Assembly: GCF_006345805.1 (NCBI RefSeq)
Contig: NC_042998.1
Span: 195,796,001 to 195,860,000 of the forward strand
Length of the DNA: 64,000 nt
Direction of reading: 5' to 3'
DNA from: Octopus sinensis
Taxonomy: Eukaryota
Shown: positions 1 through 12,499 of the stretch, in pieces
Numbering within the stretch: the stretch's first letter is position 1
Layout: every line of letters begins with the position of its first letter
The notes under the pieces: model-generated
The model's database searches: none
Told to the model about the DNA's origin: nothing
What the model saw: the letters and a program-made list of their open reading frames with translations, nothing else
Position numbers and translations under genes: made by a program

Positions 1-627
1 AGTTGTAGTGCACCTGAGCACTGTACACAATGTTTTATTATTATTATTATCTATCTATCTATTTATCTAGCTAGCTAGCTATGTGTGTGTGTGTGTATAT
101 TTAATGGCTGAGAGGGAAGTTATAGAATGTTGCTCTAACATTCACCTTTGATTGGAATGCTTCATACAGCAAAAACACTTGTAAGCTCATGGAACTGAGG
201 ATATAACACCTGTTCTTTTATCAGCCTTTAGTTGAGATACAATAAAAGCTCTGTGTGTGTGTGTGTTCATATTATCCAACATGACCTTTACTGAAGATCT
301 GGTGTGATTTCAGGTAAATTTGGCCGCTATTTCTAGCGTGTCTAGCAACCACATGTAGGTTCCTTAGGTAATGTATTAATCTTGTAATGATTCTAGGATC
401 TAGAACTGTTCCTGACTAAACTAGAATTGTTGTTGTTGTTGTCATTGCAGTTTACCACTACCATTATTCCAACCACCAAAATATTAGGTGCCTTAGTTTT
501 TGTCTGGTTTGTTTGTTTGATTGTTTGTATGTGTTAGTGTCTCCTCAGTTGTCTCAGAAACTATTAAAACTAATAAATCCTACATTCAGTCCTGTCCTCC
601 CAAAATTTCTTCAATCAAGTTATTTAA

Positions 628-1072
628 ATACTAGCAGTATCGCCTGGCATTCCTCGGGTTTGTTTTTACCCTTTAGAATTGGAATTTTTGAAAAGTAAAC
701 AGTTGGCATTCCTCGGGTTTGTTTTGACCCTTTAGAATTGGAATTTTTGAAAAGTAAACAGTTTGCATTATGTAGCTTGTTATTCTCTTTAAGTGAACAT
801 TTTTCTGGTTGAAATACACTGAAAAATAGCAACACAGCAGTCAAAAAATCGTAAAAAATAGAGATTTTCATAGGAAAAAAAAGCACCTTTTTGCTGTAAA
901 TAATTTTTGGTGTTAACATGGTCTGATTTGAATTTTATCTTCTACGGAAGGAAGAGCAAGCCTTCTTCTATCATACTCTCAATTTTGGTCAACTCGCACC
1001 GCAGGGTCTCAGAGGAGATAGGCTACCAAACCTGCCATACACAGACAACTTCAGCTTTGTATAGAGAGAGAT
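628..1072 (+). mobile_element. Non-autonomous Helitron/Helentron-like element, with an internal 59-bp tandem duplication (645-703, 704-762)
   Basis: Starts ACTAGCAGTATCGCC, ends TATAGAGAGAGAT. A near-identical copy lies in reverse at 18892-19271, and the same termini occur at 39755-40151 and 62032-62415. Superfamily assigned from terminal pattern only. Confidence 0.5.
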
Positions 1073-1549
1073 TTATAACGTATGCAGTTCAGTTTTAGTC
1101 AACATGATATGTAAGTCATTAAAAAAAATCTGCAGTCAAATAGTTTCGAGCCTGGTCCCACTGTGTGGCCCCTTGGGCAAGTGTCATTTACTGTATCCCC
1201 AGGCCAACCAAAGCCTTGAGAGTGGATTTAGCAGACAAAAACTGAAAGAAACCAGTTGTATCTTGTATCTATACATACATATGTTTATAGATGTGTGTGC
1301 ACATGTACGTGCATCTGCATTTGTCTGCAAGATCCATCTCCCAGATGAGCTGGGACACATTATCAGCAATGTCACCTAACGTCGCCAGATATTTCAGTCC
1401 TTCAACATCAAAATCCCTTGCCCCGAGTGACCCAACCGAGATCACATTCGAGGACCTATGCTCCAAATCAAGCGCCACCTGGTGGTGTTTTCTTGAGCTT
1501 CACTCGTTGACTGAATGACTCTCTTCTTTTCTTCCCCTGCAAATTTCAA

Positions 1550-2260
1550 TTGGTTAAGGACTTTGCAGGGAGCCCCATCCTGCAAAACTTGTACAGCCCA
1601 CTTCTATAAGCTCATAATTTGTTTGCCAGCCCTTATCCTGACCCTTCTTCTTCAGTTCTTGGTACTTCACACATTTCTTTTTTTCTCTCTTTGGCTTGTT
1701 CAATACACTCTTCCTGAAGTACCATACTTCCAGCATGGTCATTTGTTTGGTGTTTCAGAGATGAAGATCATCTCTGGCCAGGACAATATTGGTTCTATGT
1801 GCCATAAAAACTTCAGTTCTCTGTCCAAATTGACAGAGTCCTGCCCTTGTTTTCATTTGTGAATGTGGTTTCTCTCCAGCTTTGACAAATCCAATTGCCC
1901 TCATTGAGGCATGGCTAAGCTCTCAGCAACCATGTTGAACACTTGATCATGGTGCTTCTGATACTTACCTTCCATATGGGCTTTTGGGCAGTTGTTAAAC
2001 TGATGTTCTAAGAATCCCTTTCCAGAGCAATGTGGGCAGAATGGTGTCTCATTCTTGCCCCCAGCTGTGGAGGTTAGCAAGACTTGAAAAGGAATCATCA
2101 CCAACCTAAACAAGGACCTGCACATGATGAAAGTGTGCAGGGATGATGTTTGATGTTTGACCAAGTAATCCTGCATTTCTGCACCCTTCCCCACTTTGCT
2201 CATGGCCCCTGCTGCCTGAACCCCTAGATTCTGATCTATCAATTTTCCCTCGACATTTAC
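1550..2260 (-). mobile_element. Degenerate HERO/NeSL-like (restriction-like endonuclease) non-LTR retrotransposon, 3' part
   Basis: Minus-strand ORFs give a CCHC knuckle (CPHCSGKGFLEHQFNNCPKAHMEGKYQKHHDQVFNMVAE), then FVKAGEKP and KYQELKKKGQDKGWQTNYELIEVGCTSFAG, typical of HERO-type C-termini. Multiple stops and frameshifts. Confidence 0.65.
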
Positions 2261-2440
2261 TCAAACCTGCTTTTGAATGAGATAATGTCTCTCTTTGCCC
2301 TGGGCCCTGCTAATTTAGGTCTCCAGAAAGGATCTCAAGCTCACTCTACCAGTTGCCAAGATACCCACCAACTCATTTTGCCCTGGGTACGACTCTGCTT
2401 CTTGCACTGTTTATTTCCTCCTTGTTCACACCCTGGTACC

Positions 2441-2672
2441 TATTTCTTTACTACCCACAAGGGGCTAAACACAGAGAGGACAAACAAGGACAGACAAAGG
2501 GATTAAGTCGATTACATCGACCCCAGTGTGTAACTGGTACTTAATTTATCGACCCCAAAAGGATGAAAGGCAAAGTTGACCTCGGCGGAATTTGAACTCA
2601 AAACGTAATGGCAGACGAAATACCGCTAAGCATTTCGCCCGGCTTGCTAACGTTTCTGCCAGCCCGCCGCCT
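2441..2672 (-). mobile_element. SINE family A monomer (tRNA-like head, GCCTTTCATCCTTTCGGGGTCG central domain)
   Basis: Full head GGCGGCGGGCTGGCAGAAACGTTAGC plus body; flanked by CCTGGTACC at 2432-2440 and 2677-2685. Confidence 0.85.
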
Positions 2673-3329
2673 AAAACCTGGTACCAACTGATCCTTAGAC
2701 TCCTTGTACAATAGGACTTCTCTTCCTTGTGTTACCATAAATTATTCCCTGAGGTCACTGAATGAGAGTTCTAAGATGTTGCTTGCCTCATGTGCTTACA
2801 CTACTGAGTCCACAAGCAAACTTAAGCCACTTGCAGAGAAAGCCACTGACTTTCCTTTCAAGAGACTCTAATGTTGTTAATGAAGCCAACTGGAGCCACA
2901 GGATTCAGGACAGGATAAAATTTTGCTAAAAGCAGACCTTAATCTGTTTCCCTCTTTGTCCAAGTATAAAAAGAATATCATGTTTATCAGTGAGCCTTTA
3001 GTATTTTCTGTAAAAATTTAATATAAGGGGCACTGGTCCATATGAATAGCTGGAAATGGACACATACTACTAAATAGGATGGTATAAGAAAATATGGAGA
3101 ATGAATCTCTCTACCACATTATCTTCTAAACGTACAAATTCTGCATGAATTAGAAAAAAGTTGGAAAGTGAAGATTTGGTAAATAATATTATAAGTTTTC
3201 ACCAAATATTGGCAATAAAAAACAGTTTTATATTGGAGCATATAAACCACCATAACAGAAGTAAAAAACAAAAATGGGTGTTTGCCCACTTTCTCCATTT
3301 TGGGAATTTAAATGCCTTAATATGACTCT

Positions 3330-3728
3330 TTTACATGTTTCAGTCATTTGACTGTGGCCGTGCTGGAGCACCACCTTTAGTCGAGCAAACTGACCCCAGG
3401 ACTTATTCTTTGGAAGCCCAGTACTTATTCTATCGGTCTCTTTTGCCGAACCGCTAAGTTACCGGGACATAAACACACCGCCATCAGTTGTCAAGCGATG
3501 TTGGTGGGGGACAAACACAGACACACAAACATATACACACACATACATACATATATATATATATATACATATATACGACGGGCTTCTTTCAGTTTCCGCC
3601 TACCAAATCCACTCACAAGGCTTTGGTCCGCCCAATGCTATAGTAGAAGACACTTGCCCAAGGTGCCACGCAGTGGGACTGAACCCGAAACCACGTGGTT
3701 GGTGACCAAGCTACTTACCACACAGCCA
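3330..3728 (-). mobile_element. SINE family B (tRNA-like head, internal TA/CA microsatellite, CAGTCAAATGACTG tail)
   Basis: Matches many copies in this window. Confidence 0.85.
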
Positions 3729-4496
3729 ACTATTTTCTGTAATAAATGATACAGTGAAAGCTTATAATTATATTTACTAACAAGCTACATAAATTCTTCG
3801 TTATTTTAAAAATTAACTAAAACAGAGGTGTGAATTTCAACAGAAATATAGTAACAAAAAGATTCAAGTGATTTAAATTAAAAACTCACATCAAAATCTT
3901 TTTATAACCTAAGCTTAATAATGACAAAGTCATTTTATTAAAGTCTCAGGTTTTTTCCAAACTCAATTGAAACAAATGCTGTGCTTTTCAACAGAAGTAT
4001 GGCACCAAAATGTTTAATGCCAGACAGCATTCTGTCCAATTCTCTACCAATTCTATCATTCCACTACCTTTGGAACAAACTGCATATGGGATTAAGCCAC
4101 CCTGGGGCTAATAGCATTGGGAAGCTGCTAGACTAGGGCGAAGGTAACCAGCATGTTTTAACGAATCACTGAAATTCATTAAGGGTTGTGCAAAGGAAAG
4201 CCAGCCCTGAGTGGTCAAGTGGTCAATTTGGCAGCAGACATGTGATGTCCAGGAATGTCCCTGTGGATCTGTGAGACATGGAGAATGAAAATAATCAAAA
4301 CAAATATCATACAAAGTATTTTGTCTGATACTCTGAGAATTCCAGTTCTGCTCATCCTCTACCCTGGCAGGATTTGAACTCGGGACCTAAAGAATCAAGA
4401 CAAATACCTCACAAGATATTTTGTTTAAATATTCTACAATTCTGTCAATTCACAATTAGACAAACATAATAATATTATTAATTATAATTTTTTCCA

Positions 4497-4650
4497 TGGA
4501 GGTGCAATGGCCCAGTGGTTAGGGCAGCAGACTTGTGGTTGTAGGATCGCGGTTTCGATTCCCAGACCGGGCGCTGAGAGTGTTTATTGAGCGAAAATAC
4601 CTAAAAGCTCCACGAGGCTCTGGCAGGGGGTGGTGGCGATCCCTGCTAAT
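4497..4650 (+). mobile_element. SINE family D, 5' part (tRNA-derived head)
   Basis: GGAGGTGCAATGGCCCAGTGGTTAGGGCAGC...GTTTCGATTCCC; same head at 10955 (-) and 61165 (-). Confidence 0.75.
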
Positions 4651-5381
4651 GATTCTGCCAGCTCGCCACTTTAATAATAATAATCCTTTCTATAATAGGC
4701 ACAGCCCTAAAACCTTGGAAGAGGAGACTAGTCGATTACATCGACCCCAGTGTTTCCATAGTAATTAATTTATTGACCCCGAATGGATGAAAGACAAAGT
4801 TGACCTCGGCAGAATTTGAACTCAGAACGTAATGGCAGACGAAATACTGCTAAGCATTTCACCCAGTGTGCTAACGATTCGACCAGCTCATCGCAATGAT
4901 GACGACGACAATGACTGGACATTACAAGAGGACCCATGAGACAGGTGAATTGCATTACATTCTTTACCCCATACCAAAAGCACAAACAAGACCAGCAATT
5001 CCAGGGGAATGGATAAGCTAATTACATCAATCCCAAAGTTCAACTGGCATCTTATTTTACAAACCCAAAAGAACAAAAGACCCCAGAGGAATTTGAACTT
5101 GGAACACAAACACCGGTTATCAAGCAGTGGTAGGGGACACACACAATGACACATGCACACGTTTATGTACAACAGACTTCTTTAAGTTTCCATCTACCAA
5201 ATCCAGTCACAAGGTTTTGGTCAACCTGGAGCTATAGTAGAAGACACTTGCTTAAGGTGACACACAGTAGGATTGAACCCAGACCCCTGTAGTTGGGAAG
5301 CAACCATCTTACCACACAACCACATCTGTGCATGCGTAACAGTACACGATAACAGTAGTAAGCTAGAAACAGAGCTGTTTT

Positions 5382-6172
5382 AAGGCGGCGAGCTGGCAGG
5401 AACGTTAGCACGACAGGCGAAATGCTTATCAGTATTTTGTCTGCTTCTATGTTCTGAGTTCAAATTCCACCGAGGTCGACTTTACTTTTATCCTTTCAGG
5501 GTCGATAAATTAAGTACCAGTTACGCATTGGAGTCAATATACTCGACTTAATCCATTTGTCTGTCCTTGTTTGTCCCCTCTGTGTTTAGCCCCTTGTGGG
5601 TAGTAAAGAAATAGGTATTTCGTCTGCCGTCACATTCTGAGTTCAAATTCCGCCGAGGTCGACTTTGCCTTTCATGCTTTCGGGGTCGATTAAATAAGTA
5701 CCAGTTACGCACTGGAGTCGATATAATCGACTTAATCCGTTTGCCTGTCCTTGTTTGTCCTCGCTGTGTTTAGCCCCTAGTGGGTAGTAAAGAAATAGAA
5801 ATAGGTATTTCGTCTGTCGCTACGTTCTGAGTTCAAATTCCGCCGAGGTCGACTTTGCCTTTCTCCTTTCAGGGTCAATAAATTAAGTACCAGTTACGCA
5901 CTGGTGTCAATATAATCAACTTAATCCGTTTGTCTGTCCTTGTTTGCCCTCTCTGTGTTTTAGCCCCTTGTGGGTAATAAAGAAACAGGTATTTCATCTG
6001 CCGCTACGTTCTGAGTTCAAAGTCCGCCGAGGTCGACTTTGCCTTTCATCCTTTCAGGGTCAATAAATTAAGTACCAGTTATACACTGGGGTCGATATTA
6101 TCGACTTAATCCGTTTGTCTGTCCTTTTTTTGTCCCTTCTGTGTTTAGCCCCTTGTGGGTAGTAAAGAAATA
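5382..6172 (+). mobile_element. SINE family A tetramer (one head plus four ~185-bp bodies)
   Basis: Bodies start ~5432, 5614, 5804, 5988. 17-bp TSD AGAAAC(A/G)GAGC(T/C)GTTTT at 5365-5381 and 6173-6189. Confidence 0.9.
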
Positions 6173-6296
6173 AGAAACGGAGCCGTTTTGCTCTGCCCCA
6201 ACAGTAAATAAGCAAACACCTCTTACCATTCCATCTGAATGTTTTTTTTGTACTTTTGCAGGTTTTCCATTCTTCACTTGATTCCTTCATCTCAGA

Positions 6297-6432
6297 ATGG
6301 CAGCTGCAAAGAATAAGACGGCCAAGAAAGCTGATGCCCCAGCTGCTGAACCTGTAGAGGGCAAGGAAGACAAAGAGAGCAAATCACCTGGAGATGCTCC
6401 AGCCCAGGAGGAAGATGCAAAGTCTAATGAAG
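6297..6432 (+). CDS. Coding exon 1 of a 74-aa Lys/Ala-rich small protein (MAAAKNKTAKKADAPAAEPVEGKEDKESKSPGDAPAQEEDAKSNE)
   Basis: Acceptor TTTTGCAG ends 6261; in-frame TGA at 6279 upstream of an ATG in strong context (AGAATGG); donor GTAATT at 6433, phase 1. Confidence 0.75.
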
Positions 6433-6442
6433 GTAATTAGTT

Positions 6443-6785
6443 TTACCTGTGCAGGTGTGTGTGTGCGTGTGTGTATGTATGTATGTGTACATGTGTGTGC
6501 GCGTGTGTGTATCCTTGTGTGTGCACGTGTCTGAGTGTCCATATGTATGTATATGTCTGTGTGTCCGTGTGTGTGTATGTATGTGTGCATGTACGTGTGT
6601 GTGTACGTGTGCGGGTGTGTGTACATGTCTGTGTGTCCATATGTGTGTACATGTATGTGAGTCCGTGTGTGTATCTACGTGTGTGTGTGTGTCCATGTGT
6701 GTGTACATGTGGATCCATGCATGTGTGCGTGTGTCTGTGTTTATGTCCGTGTGTGTATGTGTGTGTGTGTACATGCATATATGAT
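6443..6785. repeat. Imperfect (GT)n/(GTAT)n microsatellite
   Basis: Direct reading; it explains several spurious VCVC/HTHT ORFs. Confidence 0.95.
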
Positions 6786-7219
6786 ACACATTACAAACAG
6801 GTTACCAGTTGAAATACGCTTGGGGCATATTTGGACCTGTAAGAAACCCTTTCAGAGTATTTTGTCATGATGAACATTGACAAATAGGTAGAACTGCACT
6901 GGGTCTGCTCACATCGACCCCTAACAAGACTGTGGGATGCAGGCATTTCAGAGTGGTTATCTTCTCTTCAGCAGCAGAGACCAGAGAGTCGGATACTGTG
7001 AACTGACACAAAAGGCAGCCCCCCCCACCATCCTTATGATATTCCCGTCATCATACAATAACTGGTTATGTTATTCAGTGGTCCACCCTGAATAAAATAA
7101 GGGGCAACAGCACTAAGCAGTGACTGCATAAACACAAATGTGTTACCTGTTATATACATATACCTACACTTGCATGTATATGTACACATGCATACTTATA
7201 TATATGTGTATGTGCATGT

Positions 7220-7430
7220 TGCCAGCCCCGTCCCGACTGGCCTCGTGCCGGTGGCACGTAAAAAGGCACCCACTACACTCACGGAGTGGTTGGCGTTAGG
7301 AAGGGCATCCAGCTGTAGAAACACTGCCAGATCAGACTGGGCCTGGTGCAGCTTTCTGGCCTCCCAGACCCCAGTTGAACCGTCCAACCCATGCTAGCAT
7401 GGAAAGCGGACGCTAAACGATGATGATGAT
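7220..7430 (+). mobile_element. SINE family C (GTGCCGGTGGCAC subrepeats; GCATGGAAAGCGGACG + (GAT)n RTE-type tail)
   Basis: Matches the copies at 8030-8640, 10060-10360, 11000-11265, 12050-12465, 16400-16756, 57270-57600 and 59240-59690. Confidence 0.8.
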
Positions 7431-7886
7431 ATATATATATATATATGATATATATATATATATGTGCATGTATGTATATATCATCATTATCGTTTAATGT
7501 CCATTTTCCATGCTGGGATGGGTTGGACTGTTTGACTGAGGAGTGGCATACTGCAAGATGGTATGATTTTAATATATTGAGCCTTCTGGCCTCATCTCGA
7601 GGCCCTGTTCTTTCCTATTCCCTCTTCCCTTCGTTTATTTTATTTTACGCATTTGTATTTACTCTGATGAAGCTCCATGTAATAGACTGAATGTCCTAGG
7701 AAGATGAATATTATTGTCGAAATTCTTTTGTAAGCATTGACTGGCATTGGAAGTAGAAACGGCCGTAAGAAATGTTATGCCATAGAAATATTATGACAAG
7801 TTTTGTATTAAAAGATAATCTACGGATGTGGTCCAATTTGTTTGTTTGTTGATCAAAAGTTTTCTACATTTTCTGATTATTTAAAT

Positions 7887-7923
<37 letters not shown>

Positions 7924-7954
7924 ATTATATATATATACACATATATATATATAC

Positions 7955-8008
<54 letters not shown>

Positions 8009-8029
8009 TATATATATATAAAACAGTGC

Positions 8030-8640
8030 CACCTGAGAGGCATGTAAAAAGCACCATTTGAATGTGGCCAATGCCAGTGCCACCTGATTGGCTCCTATGC
8101 CAATAGTATGTAAAAAGCACCCACTACATTCTCAGAGTGGTTGGTGTTAGGAAGGGCATCCAGCTGTAGAAACTCTGCCAGATCAGATTGGAGCCTGGTG
8201 CAGCCTCCTGGCTTGCCAGTCCTCGTCAAACCATCCAATCCATGCCACCATGGAAAGCGGACGTTAACCGATGGTGATGGTGATATATATATATATATAT
8301 GTTGCCAGCCTCGCCTGGCCCCCGTGCCGGTGGCACATAAAAAGCACCATCCAATTGTGGCCGTTGCCAGCCTCACCTGGCCCCTGTGCCGGTGGCACGT
8401 AAAAGCACCATCCATCCGTGGCCGTTTTGCCAGCCCCGCCTGGCACTTGTGCAGGTGGCACGTAAAAAGCACCCACTACACTCATGGAGTGGTTGGCGTT
8501 AGGAAGGGCATCCAGCCGTAGAAACTCTGCCAGATCAGACTGGGCCTGATGCAGCCTTCTGGCTTACCAGACCCCAGTTGAACCGTCCAACCCATGCCAG
8601 CATGGAAAGCAGACGCTAAATGATGATGATGATGATGATA
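8030..8640 (+). mobile_element. Two adjacent SINE family C copies
   Basis: Two (GAT)n tails (~8280, ~8640), each preceded by the family C body. Confidence 0.8.
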
Positions 8641-8694
8641 TATGTGTGTGTGTGTGTGTATGTATATATTTATTGGGTTACGAAAAACCTATAG

Positions 8695-8733
<39 letters not shown>

Positions 8734-9232
8734 TATATGTGTGTATAAAGAGAGAAAGAGAAACTGAGAGCTCGTTACATAGACAGGTGTTATTAACAGT
8801 ATAAGAATTTAGAAAGTGAGGACATGAGATCATTTGTTATTAACAGGTGAATTTGAAGCAGAAAAGCTATAAACACTAGCAAGTGTGTTTTGATTAAGAA
8901 AAACCTTTGGATAGAAAGATTCAAAGTCTGTTTATGGAACTCTAACCTGTACATTCTGCAGACAAGACAGATGTTCTACCATTGGACCAAAAACAATCCT
9001 TGGAATTTCGCTATCCTTTATAAAAACTTTATTCTTACCAACAAAGAATTGTTGATATGTGATATTTATTTCCGTTTAGAATGGAATTTTAGAAACATCA
9101 AGAAATATGAAAATAAGTTATCTATTCGTGATGAATCATGAATGTGAACTTAGCTATGAATAATGGCTTCTAATGTACATTATTTACATAATTTACATTT
9201 GATGGATATTTGTCCTCATCTTGTTTGTTATT

Positions 9233-9278
9233 AACACAACATTTCGGCTGATATACCCTCCAGCCTTCATCAGGTGTC
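9233..9278 (-). ncRNA. Minimal type I hammerhead ribozyme motif (Penelope-type)
   Basis: Minus strand: GACAC-CTGATGA-A-GGCTG(GAGGGTATAT)CAGCC-GAAA-TGTT-GTGTT. Stems I and II pair; stem III has no loop. Confidence 0.7.
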
Positions 9279-9325
9279 TTGGGGAAATTTCAAACCTGGG
9301 TTCTCATTCCTAAGGTATTTTTCGA

Positions 9326-9368
<43 letters not shown>

Positions 9369-9369
<1 letters not shown>

Positions 9370-9748
9370 GGCACAGGAGTAGCTGTGTGGTAAGTAGCTT
9401 GTTTACCAACCACATGGTTCTGGGTTCAGTCCCACTGCATGGTACCTTGGGCAAGTGTCTTCTACTATAGCCTCGGGTCGACCAAAGACTTGTGAGTGAG
9501 TGAATTTGGTAGACGGAAACTGAAAGAAGCCCGTCGTATATATGTATATATATATATATATATGCGTCTGTGTTTGTCCCAATGCTGGTGTGTTTATGTC
9601 CCCGTTACTTAGCGGTTCGGCAAAAGAGACTGATAGAATAAGTACTGGGCTTACAAAAGAATAAGTCCCGGGGTCGAGTTGCTCGATTAAAGGCGGTGCT
9701 CCAGCATGGCCGCAGTCAAATGACTGAAACAAGTAAAAGAGTAAAGAG
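9369..9748 (+). mobile_element. SINE family B
   Basis: Full-length copy inserted in an (ATT)n tract. Confidence 0.85.
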
Positions 9749-10059
9749 TATTATTATTCAGGTCACCGCCTGGAATCAAACTCGGAATCTTGGGGTTAGT
9801 AGCCCATGCTCTTAACCACTACACTATATGCCCATGGCATATAGCTAATGTACATAATATAAATAATGTACATAATCCCTCATCTCTTAAATATAGAACT
9901 GTATTAGCTGGTAATGTATCGGTTTATAAAGAAACAACCTTGGAGAGAAAGAAATGGGAAAAGCCACTGGCGTAGTGGTTAGGACATTAGACTCCTCATC
10001 ATAAGAGTGTGGTTTCAATTCCTGGACTGGGCAATGCATTGTGTAATTGAGCAAAATAT

Positions 10060-10360
10060 TTTATTTCCCACTGTGTCGGTGCACATAAAAAAACCATCCG
10101 AGCGTGGCCGTCTGCCATCCTCTCTGGCACCTGTGTCGGTGGCACATAAAAACACCATCCGAGCGTGGCCGTTCGCCAGCCTCGTCTGGCATGTGGTCGG
10201 TGGCACATAAAATCACTACACTCTCGAGTGGTGGCGTTAAAGGGCATGCTGTAGAAACATGCAGATCCTGGCCTGGTGCATTTCGGCTCAGACCCCAGTT
10301 GAACCGTCCACCCATGCTAGCATGGAAAGCACGCTAATGATGATGATGATGATGATGATG
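10060..10360 (+). mobile_element. SINE family C
   Basis: Family C body and (GAT)n tail. Confidence 0.75.
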
Positions 10361-10661
10361 ATCTCCAGTCCATTCTGCAATGGGTAGGTGTCTCATCCAG
10401 GTGGGGGGAAACCAGGAAACCAGCCTTGTGAGTCTATATGACTTGGGAAAGAGCTTTATCCTTTGTGTGTGTGTGTCTCTGTGTCTGTCTATGTGCTCAC
10501 ATGTGTGTTTGTCTGTCTGTCTGTCTCTGTGCATGCATGTGTGTGTGTGTATTGAAGAAATGAATAAGACATTTGCTGATAATAAGACAGACAGACAGGC
10601 AGGCAGGCAAATACATTTATGTACATGTGTGTATTTATACCCATACATACACACACACATG

Positions 10662-10689
<28 letters not shown>

Positions 10690-10692
<3 letters not shown>

Positions 10693-10955
10693 ACCGACCA
10701 GACCATCAGACGTTGTTACACATCGCTGGTCACAATGCGTTCGCATTGTTTTAGCCTTCGAATGACGCCACCCCGCTGGCTAAGCGAGCAGGCCAACAGA
10801 AGAAAGAGCGAGAGAAAGTTGTGGTGAAAGAGTACGGCAGGGATCACCACCCCCTGCCGGAGCCTCGTGGAGCTTTCAGGTGTTTTCGCTCAATAAACAC
10901 ACTCTACGACCGCGAGTTCGCTGCCCTAACCACTAGGCCATTGCGCCTCCACATA
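10690..10955 (-). mobile_element. SINE family D variant
   Basis: Same tRNA-like head as 60800-61165 but a different 3' half. Confidence 0.7.
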
Positions 10956-10999
10956 TATATATGTATACATACATATATCACCATTCATGCGTGGGTCAT

Positions 11000-11265
11000 T
11001 GCCAATGCCACCTGACTGGCTCCCCATGCCAGTGGCAATAAAAAGCAGCATCCGAGTGTGGTTGATGCCAGCACTGCCTGAGTGGCTCCCATGCTGGTGG
11101 CACATAAGAAGTACCCACTACACTCTTGGAGTGGTTGATGTTAGGAATAGTACCCAGCTGTAGAACCTTGCCCGAGCCTGGTGAGGGCTCCTGGCTTGCC
11201 AGTTCTCAGTCAAACCATCCAACCCATGCCAGCAAAACAGACATTAAATGATGATGATGATGATA
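11000..11265 (+). mobile_element. SINE family C (older copy)
   Basis: Diverged family C body and (GAT)n tail. Confidence 0.7.
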
Positions 11266-11329
11266 TGCATGTATATATGTAAGAAAGAGTGAAAGAGAGA
11301 GTGTTGAAAGGAGAGATATAGAGTTGCTC

Positions 11330-11660
11330 ATCTTGGGCAAGTGTCTTCTACTATAGCCTCAGGCCGACCAAAGCCTTGTGAGTGGATTTAGTAAACGGAA
11401 ACTGAATGAAGCCCATCGTATATATATGTGTGTGTTTGGGTATCTGTGTTTGTCCCCCCCCCCCAACATTGCTTGACAACCGATGCTGGTGTGTTTACGT
11501 CCCCATAAATTAGTTGTTTGGCAAAAGAAATGGATAGAATAGTTACTAGGCTTATAAAGAATAAATCCTGGGGTTGATTTGTTCGACTAAAGACGGTGCT
11601 CCAGCATGGCCACAGTCAAATGACTGAAAAAAGTAAAAAGAGTAAAAGAGAGAGTAAAGA
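11330..11660 (+). mobile_element. SINE family B, 5'-truncated
   Basis: Starts at TTGGGCAAGTGTCTTC; family B tail. Confidence 0.8.
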
Positions 11661-11844
11661 GTAACAAGATGTCAAGAAATATTATAGACTTTATTCAAAC
11701 ACAAGAACCATTGAAGCCAGTCACAGAATTCCATGGTTATTTCTTCAGAATCTCCTGTTTTTAATAAGTTCAGTATTTGTAAATTTTGAATAATATTTCA
11801 ATATTTTTTAAATTGTCTTTTTTTTTTTCTTTTCCCTTTTCCAG

Positions 11845-11886
11845 CACCCCCTCCAAAGAAACCTGCAAAGAAAAGCAAGAAGAAGG
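11845..11886 (+). CDS. Coding exon 2 of the 74-aa protein (APPPKKPAKKSKKK)
   Basis: Long polypyrimidine tract plus CCAG; 42-bp exon; donor GTGAGT at 11887; phase 1-1, compatible with the flanking exons. Confidence 0.75.
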
Positions 11887-12049
11887 GTGAGTATTCAACA
11901 GACAAGAATTAGACACAGAATTTCTTCAAGGGGAAGGGACCTCTAAATGGTTGTTTATCATGCTAGAAGTAACAGATAAATATCCCTCAAATTACAGTCA
12001 ATCTACTTTTAAACAAAAAATGAAAAATACTTTAGATGTGCTCACCTTG

Positions 12050-12465
12050 GATTGCAGGGTGACCTGCTGTGCTTGAGGAGACCTATTGAGTCAAGTACAT
12101 CAACATCAACATCAAAAAATCAAATGGAAATTGTAGTTGTGATGCCTGTGCCGGTGGCACGTAAAATGCACCATCCAAACATGGCCAATGCCAGCGCCGT
12201 CTTGACTGGCTTCCGTGCTGGTGGTACATAAAAGCACCAACTGATCGTGGTCGCTGCCAGCCTTCCCTGGCACCTGTGCCGGTGGCATGTAAAAAGCACC
12301 CACTACACTCATGGAGTGGTTGGCGTTAGGAAGGGCATCCAGCTGTAGAAACACTGCCTGATAAGACTGGAGCCTGGTACAGCCTCCTGGCTTCTCAGAC
12401 CCCGGTCAAACCGTCCAACCCATGCTAGCATGGAAAACGGACGTTAAACGATGATGATGATGATA
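12050..12465 (+). mobile_element. SINE family C, long form
   Basis: Includes the 5' segment GACCTGCTGTGCTTGAGGAGACC, also seen reversed at ~59600. Confidence 0.75.
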
Positions 12466-12499
12466 TTTGACAAATCTGTGGACCGCGTTGTGCTGCAAA

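Larger units (their letters stand above)
9171..9905 (-). mobile_element. Composite element: tRNA-like head, (AAT)n, hammerhead-bearing body; split by a family B SINE
   Basis: Head 9761-9833 (A box TAGTGTAGTGG, B box GTTTGATTC). (ATT)n on both sides of the SINE at 9369-9748. Hammerhead core at 9233-9278. Confidence 0.6.

Noticed and set aside
4497-4575. tRNA genes in SINE heads (also 9761-9833, 9965-10040, 20870-20930, 61090-61165)
   Set aside because: A and B boxes are present, but there is no closed acceptor stem and they run into SINE bodies.
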